From the IMG/VR virus record IMGVR_UViG_3300021093_005143: a stretch of DNA of 64,000 nt. One strand, given 5' to 3'. The position numbers were made by a program, and so were the translations under genes. The notes under the pieces were generated by a model that saw nothing but the letters and a program-made list of their open reading frames with translations, ran no database searches and had not been told where the DNA came from. The DNA comes from a virus. The first letter of the stretch is position 1; each line of letters starts with the position of its first letter. This document shows, in pieces, positions 57,291 to 64,000 of this stretch.

Positions 57291-59048
57291 GTGACAAAAG
57301 AACAATTAATTATTGAAGTAACGAAGTGTATGAAAAACACTCCGTATGCGATGAGAACCTATCTTCAAACTTTTGACAATACGGTTAAAAAGTTTGTTCC
57401 GTTGGATCTTTTTCCTGACCAAATAACTTTGGTTGAAGACTACGATAACTTTAACGAAAATATTGCATTGAAGTATAGGCAAGCGGGTGTATCCACCGTG
57501 ACCGCAGCTTGGGCCTCAAAAAAGTTAGTTTTTGCGAAAAAAAACAACCCTGAGAAAATCTTGATTATAGCAAACAAACTTGATACTGCTGTTGAGTTTG
57601 CTAACAAAGTCAGATCCTTTTCAGAACAATGGCCAGCTTGGGTAGGTGTTGGATTTTCAATAGAAAAAAACTCACAAAGACATTTCAAATTTACAAACAA
57701 TTGTGAAGTAAAAGCTGTTGCAACTTCAAAAGACGCTCTTCGCGGATATACACCAACAATATTAATATTTGACGAAGCCGCTTATATTGAGGCCGATGAT
57801 GATTTTTGGGCTGCTTGTATGGCCTCACTTTCAACAGGAGGAAAAGTGATTGTAATTTCCACTCCGAATGGGTATGACCCGATATATTACGAAATTTATG
57901 AACAATCAATGAGAAACATGAATACTTTCAAGATTACTGAGTTGTTTTGGTATAAAGATCCAAGGTACAATAGGGATTTACAAATGGTGAAGTGTGAGGA
58001 TCTTACCGACTATCTATTAAACCGTGAAAATTACAAAAACACAGAAGTTGTTAATTTGGAAGTAGATAATCCGTATGAAAGGAATTATGATATAGTAAAA
58101 GATTATATTAAAAAGGGTTATAAACCTTGTTCATCATGGTTTGAGGGAATGGTAAAAAAACTTAAATATGACAAGAGAAAAGTAGCTCAGGAACTTGAGT
58201 GTAACTTCCTTGGATCAGGCGACAATGTATTTGATTCCAATCTTTTAACAAAAATAAAAGATAATGATGTGAAAGAACCCGACGGTAAAATGATGGCAGG
58301 TAATCTTTGGATATGGAAAGACCCTGAAATGAGTCACCGGTACATCATGGGTGTAGACGTTTCAAGAGGTGACTCAGAGGATTTTTCTTGTATACAAATC
58401 ATTGATTTTGATGCGAGAGAGCAAGTATTTGAATATGTAGGTAAAACTCCTCCTGACGTTTTAGCAGAAATAGCTTATAAGTGGGGAAAAATGTATAACG
58501 CCATGATAGTCACAGATTTGACGGGTGGGATGGGTGTTGCTACAGCAAGAAAACTACAAGAACTAGGATATAAAAATCTCTATGTTGAAGGATTGACAGA
58601 GAGAAACAAATACAAGTGGGATCCGAAAAGAGACGAAAAGATACCAGGTATCAACTTCAATGCAAAGAGGGTACAGATAATAGCATCATTGGAGGAAGCG
58701 TTGAGGCATGAATTTAAAATAAGGTCAGAGAGACTCCTAAATGAAATGGGTAAATTTATTTATGTAAATGGTAGACCTGACCATCAAAGGGGTCATCATG
58801 ACGATGCATTAATGTCCATAGCAATGGCAATCTATGTTGGGGATACAGCATTTCAAAATTTACAAAAAGTTGTACAACAAACTAAAATTATGATAGACTC
58901 ATGGCATACAGAGCGTAGTGAAAACAAAATAAGATCTGATTTTTTTAATCCACATATTCCTGTTTCAAACAACCAAAATCCAAGATATATTAACGAAGCG
59001 TCGAGGGAAGACTACAGAAAATACGGGTGGTTATTTGGAGCCAAATAA
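57291..59048 (+). CDS. terminase large subunit (T4 gp17-like)
   Basis: LKYRQAGVST, LIFDEAA, ISTPNG, QELEC, MGVDVSRG, HHDD. Confidence 0.93.
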   Translation: MTKEQLIIEVTKCMKNTPYAMRTYLQTFDNTVKKFVPLDLFPDQITLVEDYDNFNENIALKYRQAGVSTVTAAWASKKLVFAKKNNPEKILIIANKLDTAVEFANKVRSFSEQWPAWVGVGFSIEKNSQRHFKFTNNCEVKAVATSKDALRGYTPTILIFDEAAYIEADDDFWAACMASLSTGGKVIVISTPNGYDPIYYEIYEQSMRNMNTFKITELFWYKDPRYNRDLQMVKCEDLTDYLLNRENYKNTEVVNLEVDNPYERNYDIVKDYIKKGYKPCSSWFEGMVKKLKYDKRKVAQELECNFLGSGDNVFDSNLLTKIKDNDVKEPDGKMMAGNLWIWKDPEMSHRYIMGVDVSRGDSEDFSCIQIIDFDAREQVFEYVGKTPPDVLAEIAYKWGKMYNAMIVTDLTGGMGVATARKLQELGYKNLYVEGLTERNKYKWDPKRDEKIPGINFNAKRVQIIASLEEALRHEFKIRSERLLNEMGKFIYVNGRPDHQRGHHDDALMSIAMAIYVGDTAFQNLQKVVQQTKIMIDSWHTERSENKIRSDFFNPHIPVSNNQNPRYINEASREDYRKYGWLFGAK

Positions 59049-59049
59049 C

Positions 59050-59056
59050 TATTTAT
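59050..59056 (+). promoter_or_regulatory. TATTTAT putative phage late promoter (representative of more than 20 copies)
   Basis: Same motif 5-30 nt upstream of starts at 6193, 8540, 20103, 24707, 51136, 53179, 60919, 62368, 63354, 63709 and, on the minus strand, 3885, 5227, 10489, 13165, 37498, 41092, 45288. Confidence 0.7.
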
Positions 59057-59085
59057 ATTATCTATGTAATAAGTAAAATTGTAAA

Positions 59086-60918
59086 ATGGATAATAAGAAC
59101 CTAACGGTATGGCAACGACTTTCCGCCGCATTTGGACCTAACGCACTCCTTAATCAGGATTACCCGACCTTTCATTTCGACAAAGAAGTTTTGTTAAAAA
59201 CACAAGACAAGGCTCAATATGAGAAGGAAAAGTTACAAGCACAACAAACTTTCTATTTATCGAATCAATGGGCAAAAATTGAGAATAATTTGTATTCTCA
59301 AGCTGTGTATTATGAACCGACTAGATTAGCCTCAGTATACGATTACGAGTCTATGGAGTACACTCCTGAGATATCAGCCGCTTTAGACATATATGCTGAA
59401 GAATCTACAACCACCAATGAAGACGGATTTATTCTACAAATTTATTCTGAGTCAAAGAGAATCAAAAGTGTCTTAGCAGATTTATTCAATAACACACTTG
59501 ATATAAACACCAACTTACCTATGTGGACAAGAAATACATGTAAGTATGGTGATAACTTTGTCTATTTGAAATTAGATCCTGAAAAGGGGGTTGTCGGAGT
59601 CCAACAATTACCTAATATTGAGATCGAAAGGGTTGAGGCAGGAATGCACGAAAAAAGAGCTCAATCACTTGAGGATCCTACAGCTCAAAGGGCATTACAT
59701 TTCAAGTGGAAAAATAAGAACATGGAATTCCAATCATGGGAAATCGCTCACTTCAGATTATTGGGTGATGATCGGAAACTTCCATATGGTACCTCCATGC
59801 TGGAAAAAGCAAGAAGAATTTGGAAACAACTTTTACTTTCCGAAGACGCGATGTTAATCTATCGTACATCAAGAGCGCCTGAAAGAAGAATTTTCAAAGT
59901 TTTTGTTGGAAATATGAACGACGAAGACGTTGAAGCATATGTACAACGTGTTGCTAATAAATTCAAAAGAGACCAAGTTTTAGATCAGAAGACAGGTAAT
60001 GTGGATCTCAGATTTAATCAGATGGCTGTAGACCAAGACTACTTTGTACCTGTAAGAGATCCGGCTGCTCCTTCACCTATCGATACTCTACCCGGTGCTG
60101 CGAACCTCGCAGAGATAGCCGACATTGAATATATTCAAAAGAAATTATTGACGGCACTTAGAGTTCCGAAAGCCTTTTTAGGATTTGAAGAAGTTGTTGG
60201 TGACGGTAAAAACCTTTCATTACAAGATATCCGTTTCGCACGCACAATTAATAGAATTCAAAAGAGTATGTTACAAGAGCTGAATAAGATAGCAATCATA
60301 CATCTTTTTCTAAACGGATTTGAGGAAGAGATTGCCAATTTCACTTTAGGTTTAACAAATCCATCTACTCAAGCTGATCTTCTGAAAATTGATGTTTGGA
60401 AAGAAAAAATTCTTTTGTATAAAGATGCGGTGTCCGATCCTGGTAACGGTATTCAACCCGTATCTTCAACATGGGCTAAAAAACATATTTTGGGGATGTC
60501 CGACGATGAAATCAAACTTGACTTACAACAACAAAGAATTGAAAAAGCAGTTGGTGAAGAATTAAAAAATACACCAACAGTAATACAGAAAACAGGAATA
60601 TTTGACAATATAGATAAATTATATGGATCAACAACTGGATCTACCGACACTGCTGGATCAACCCCAAGTGGTGAGGTATCAGAACCTGCGTTGGGGGCAT
60701 TACCTTCTGAAACGACACCACCTCCAACTGAAGATGTCGCAGCACCTGAGGTAACAGGACCTGAAGTAGAACCAACAGTACCAGAATCACGATTCGACAA
60801 TATGAATATTTTGGTCGATTCGGACATGATTAAGGGTAAAACAATTTTGGACTTGAGTCATGGCCAACAATATTTAGGAGAAATTGAAAAAGAGTTAGAC
60901 GACTTACTAAATTCCTAA
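59086..60918 (+). CDS. portal protein (T4 gp20-like)
   Basis: PYGTSMLE, EDAMLIYR..RAPERRIF, DYFVPVR, IDTLPG. Confidence 0.95.
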   Translation: MDNKNLTVWQRLSAAFGPNALLNQDYPTFHFDKEVLLKTQDKAQYEKEKLQAQQTFYLSNQWAKIENNLYSQAVYYEPTRLASVYDYESMEYTPEISAALDIYAEESTTTNEDGFILQIYSESKRIKSVLADLFNNTLDINTNLPMWTRNTCKYGDNFVYLKLDPEKGVVGVQQLPNIEIERVEAGMHEKRAQSLEDPTAQRALHFKWKNKNMEFQSWEIAHFRLLGDDRKLPYGTSMLEKARRIWKQLLLSEDAMLIYRTSRAPERRIFKVFVGNMNDEDVEAYVQRVANKFKRDQVLDQKTGNVDLRFNQMAVDQDYFVPVRDPAAPSPIDTLPGAANLAEIADIEYIQKKLLTALRVPKAFLGFEEVVGDGKNLSLQDIRFARTINRIQKSMLQELNKIAIIHLFLNGFEEEIANFTLGLTNPSTQADLLKIDVWKEKILLYKDAVSDPGNGIQPVSSTWAKKHILGMSDDEIKLDLQQQRIEKAVGEELKNTPTVIQKTGIFDNIDKLYGSTTGSTDTAGSTPSGEVSEPALGALPSETTPPPTEDVAAPEVTGPEVEPTVPESRFDNMNILVDSDMIKGKTILDLSHGQQYLGEIEKELDDLLNS

Positions 60919-60933
60919 TATTTATAAAAAAAA

Positions 60934-61638
60934 TTGACCATGACTTTTGGAGAGGTTAAATCCATAATTGAAGAAAGTTTGATTGAATCCTATAAAGATT
61001 CTGAAAATTTCAAAGGTGTGATGAAAGAATTCCACACTAATATCTTAACTAATAAGTCTCTATCAAAACTGTACTCTTTGTATGATGATCTGACTTCTCA
61101 AAAGTCTTTGTCCGAAAAAGATGCGAGAGAATATATCGAGGAAGGTATATCTCTGATAAGATCTATATTAAAAGGAGCAAAATTACCAAAATCTAGCTCT
61201 AAACAAATTCAAAATAAATACAAAGATTTGGATACTTTGGTTTACACAAAAAATTTTGATATCTCTGAAAGAGTCTCAGCAAAAAATAATATAATTTCAA
61301 ATTTGACCAAATCTCCAAATGTTTCTAAAGAATCAATCAATCTTCCATTAACATCTATGGTTTCAGTAGCCAATCAGACTTTGAAAAGTTACATCGAAAC
61401 GATGGATGAATCTACCAAAAAAGATTTCTTTAAAATAATCAAATCAAATCAAAATGATTTGGAGAAAGAGTTCACAACCATCAAAGAAAGTGCTATAAAC
61501 AAACTTCAAACTCTGTTGGAGGGCGAAAATGAGTTTGAACTTAAGACAAAAATTTCAGAAACAATAGATAGATTAAAGAATGAAGAGTTCAATCAGATGA
61601 ATTTTGTTAGGATTAAATCACTTGAAAAATCAATCTAA
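60934..61638 (+). CDS. conserved head-module protein
   Basis: 234-aa helical ORF after portal. Confidence 0.7.
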   Translation: MTMTFGEVKSIIEESLIESYKDSENFKGVMKEFHTNILTNKSLSKLYSLYDDLTSQKSLSEKDAREYIEEGISLIRSILKGAKLPKSSSKQIQNKYKDLDTLVYTKNFDISERVSAKNNIISNLTKSPNVSKESINLPLTSMVSVANQTLKSYIETMDESTKKDFFKIIKSNQNDLEKEFTTIKESAINKLQTLLEGENEFELKTKISETIDRLKNEEFNQMNFVRIKSLEKSI

Positions 61639-61820
61639 TTATTGATCATTTTTTCTTTGTAAATCGCCTTAAGTTTTTGTGCTCTTTTTTTGATTGAAGG
61701 TTTAACATATTCTTTTTTTTCAAAAAGTTTTTTTTGTTGTTTTGTTTTTATTACCTTGGATTTCAAGTTTTTGAGAGCTTTTTCAATATTATCGTTTCTT
61801 CCGATTTCAATAATTAACAT
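61635..61820 (-). CDS. rpsU: 30S ribosomal protein bS21
   Basis: MLIIEI...NIEKALK.LK.KVIKTKQ...EYVKPSIKKR. Confidence 0.88.
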   Translation of the reverse strand: MLIIEIGRNDNIEKALKNLKSKVIKTKQQKKLFEKKEYVKPSIKKRAQKLKAIYKEKMINN

Positions 61821-61911
61821 ACTAACATATATTTCAAAAAGTCAATTTTGACAATTATAACCTTTTTTCATAATATTTTAAAAAACAAATAAACTTTGTA
61901 TATGAAAAAAA

Positions 61912-62376
61912 ATGAAGAAAGGAAAAACCTCAAAAATTAATAACTTCGAATCCCTCAAAGTAAATTATGGGACAGTAGATTCAAAAAAATTAAAATCAAT
62001 TTACATAAACATACAATCATGGGTCAATCCCAAAATCGTATCTGATAATTGGAATAGAATTGTATGTAATTTTAGTCGAGAAATCAAACACACAATTTAT
62101 TACCAACTTGATAGAAAAATTTTCGAGGACAAATTAATTGTAGATTTGGATCTCAGGACCTCGGGAATCGTATTTGGAAAAAAATCATTCCTCAATTTGG
62201 AAATTAATCTTTTCACTTTACAACAAATAGATTTCAAATCAAATATTATCAGAGACTCAGTAAAAAAATTAGTATCCTTGATAAATTCAGAAAACTTTAA
62301 AAGTAATAATTATTTTGATTTTACACTAACCAAAAACGGAGATATTATAAAATCAAAGTCAGAAGTATATTTATAG
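61912..62376 (+). CDS. conserved phage hypothetical protein
   Basis: YGTVD...KSIYINIQSW; IVDLDLRTSGI..GKKSF. Confidence 0.75.
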   Translation: MKKGKTSKINNFESLKVNYGTVDSKKLKSIYINIQSWVNPKIVSDNWNRIVCNFSREIKHTIYYQLDRKIFEDKLIVDLDLRTSGIVFGKKSFLNLEINLFTLQQIDFKSNIIRDSVKKLVSLINSENFKSNNYFDFTLTKNGDIIKSKSEVYL

Positions 62377-62384
62377 AAAAAGTT

Positions 62385-63101
62385 TTGATGAAACAATATA
62401 AAATACTTGGACCACATGAAACAGGAAAAGGAATTTTGATTGAGGATGATGCTGGATATCTATCTCCATTAGATAAGTTGAATGAATCTATTTTGAAAGA
62501 AGCTCAAGATAGAGACTACAAAAAACCATTCGAATTTTATGCTGTACTCCAAAAATATAATACAGCTAACAGAAATGGAAGATTTTATCCCGAGACCATA
62601 CTAAAGAGAGAGGCAGAAAAATATAAAAACACAATCAAAAAAGGACTATCAACTTCTGAATTAAATCACCCTGAGTCTTCGTTAATTGATCTTGACAGAG
62701 TATCACACATAATTACTGACATATGGTGGGAAGGTAATATTTTAATGGGTAAATTAAAATTATTAACATCTCCAGGTTTTCATGAGAGTGGCATTGTGTC
62801 CACCAAAGGAGATATCGCAGCAAATCTTTTAAGACAAGGAGTCACTATGGGAGTATCATCTCGTGGCGTTGGATCCTTGAAAAAAATAGGGGAGAGGAAT
62901 GAAGTACAAGATGACTTCGAACTAATATGTTTTGATCTTGTTTCATCACCGTCAACACCAGGAGCATATTTATTCCCGAATGTTGAAGATAGAATGAAAT
63001 ATGAAGAAAATTTAGAGGAGGAGAAAATTACTGAGGTAAAAATTGAAGGAAATAAGTCTATTGATTTAATGAAAAAACTCACCGATTATTTAGATAGATA
63101 A
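62385..63101 (+). CDS. prohead protease (T4 gp21-like)
   Basis: NRNGRFYP, ELNHP, VSH, GVSSRGVGS, FDLVSSPSTPGA. Confidence 0.93.
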   Translation: MMKQYKILGPHETGKGILIEDDAGYLSPLDKLNESILKEAQDRDYKKPFEFYAVLQKYNTANRNGRFYPETILKREAEKYKNTIKKGLSTSELNHPESSLIDLDRVSHIITDIWWEGNILMGKLKLLTSPGFHESGIVSTKGDIAANLLRQGVTMGVSSRGVGSLKKIGERNEVQDDFELICFDLVSSPSTPGAYLFPNVEDRMKYEENLEEEKITEVKIEGNKSIDLMKKLTDYLDR

Positions 63102-63110
63102 TTCTAAACC

Positions 63111-63320
63111 ATGAACGAAAAATTTTTTGTTGCAAAAATTACTTATGATTTACCTGATGAAAACACAGGAAAAATTAAAAAAATCAAAGAAGAAAAACTT
63201 GTTAAAGGTTTTTCGGTAACCGATGTTGAAGCTAAAGTTACAAATAGATTCGAAGGTTTCTCAAATGAATGGAGGATCACCTCGGTATCTGAAAGTAAAA
63301 TTGATGAAGTAATTAATTAA
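63111..63320 (+). CDS. DUF4494-like protein
   Basis: FFVAKI.Y...GKIKKIKE..LV...SVTDVEA...ESKIDEV. Confidence 0.7.
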   Translation: MNEKFFVAKITYDLPDENTGKIKKIKEEKLVKGFSVTDVEAKVTNRFEGFSNEWRITSVSESKIDEVIN

Positions 63321-63371
63321 AAGTGGTTTGAGACCACTTTTTTTATTTGGTGATATTTATAAAAAAAAATT

Positions 63372-63683
63372 ATGAATATCCTATTAACTTCTCCTATATC
63401 AGATTCTCCAAAAAAAGTGATTGAAAACGGTACTATTCAAAATGGTATAAATTTGGCACAATCTCTTGGATTGGCACAATATAATCTAATCAAGTACGAG
63501 GTAGAAATAGTGAAAAATGATCCAACCGGTTCAGGTTTTACTGTGGAACTAAATGATTCAGGTTCTTTTAGAAGTCTTATCGTGTTTGATACAACAGAAT
63601 CTAACGTTTTGAGTTGGGTCAGTTCAAACTATCCTGACGCAACAATACAGAGATTTCAAAAAACTCAAATTGTGTTAGCGTAA
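63372..63683 (+). CDS. hypothetical protein
   Basis: 103-aa ORF, TATTTAT upstream. Confidence 0.65.
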   Translation: MNILLTSPISDSPKKVIENGTIQNGINLAQSLGLAQYNLIKYEVEIVKNDPTGSGFTVELNDSGSFRSLIVFDTTESNVLSWVSSNYPDATIQRFQKTQIVLA

Positions 63684-63739
63684 AACGAAATTTTTTCAAT
63701 TAACACACTATTTATAAGTTAAAATAATAACAATTTATT

Positions 63740-64000
63740 ATGCAAGAAAATAAATCAATTGTTGAAGAGGCGTTGATTCAAATGAAAAATGTTGAACAAG
63801 CAATCGCCGAGAATGCAAAAGGAATACTTCGTTCTACAATGAAAGAAGAAATCGGGCAATTAGTAAAAGAATCTCTATCGGAGCAAGACGATGAAGATGA
63901 GGTTGACTTAGACTCAGAAGTAGATACTGATGATGAAATGGATTCTGATGAAGATGAAATGGATACTGAGGTTGATAATGAAGATGAAATGGACATGGAC
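63740..64000 (+). CDS. prohead scaffold/core protein (truncated by window)
   Basis: MQENKSIVEEALIQMKNVEQAIAENAKGIL... followed by an acidic tract; position after the prohead protease. Confidence 0.7.
   Translation, partial: MQENKSIVEEALIQMKNVEQAIAENAKGILRSTMKEEIGQLVKESLSEQDDEDEVDLDSEVDTDDEMDSDEDEMDTEVDNEDEMDMD

Noticed and set aside
57465-57500. Terminase Walker A lacking GKT
   Set aside because: The KxRQxGxST variant is common in large terminases and is not evidence of inactivity.
63778-63996. Ser-rich minus-strand ORF and similar short antisense ORFs in the track
   Set aside because: Antisense shadows of acidic plus-strand genes.
1-64000. Alternative genetic code or stop recoding
   Set aside because: Long conserved genes are intact in code 11, TAA, TAG and TGA all end genes, and no suppressor tRNA was seen.

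Overview
64 kb of an AT-rich, large T4-like (myovirus-type) phage genome, most likely a freshwater Bacteroidota-infecting 'bS21' huge phage. The right end (about 53-64 kb) is the head module: terminase large subunit, portal, an opposite-strand ribosomal protein S21 gene, prohead protease and the start of a scaffold protein. The rest is a mixed-strand accessory region. It holds 11 tRNAs plus one degenerate tRNA-Gly, a tmRNA with an unusually long tag, ClpC lacking its N-domain, Hsp20, an ATE/Bpt-like transferase, UmuC and a separate UmuD-like gene, ThyA and PPK2. It also holds cell-wall hydrolases (GH19, NlpC/P60, M23), 2OG-Fe(II) oxygenases, GT17, a carbamoyltransferase, RNA-repair-type phosphatases, an Oar-like TonB-dependent receptor and several lipoproteins. 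Two promoter classes are visible: Bacteroidota-type TAnnTTTG and a phage motif TATTTAT. The most interesting leads are (i) a possible phage proteolysis-redirection system (long-tag tmRNA, ClpC, peptidase, ATE-like), (ii) shared helical tags on TATTTAT-driven enzymes that suggest capsid cargo loading, and (iii) several unexplained structured intergenic RNAs. All family calls come from motif recognition by eye; no searches were run.
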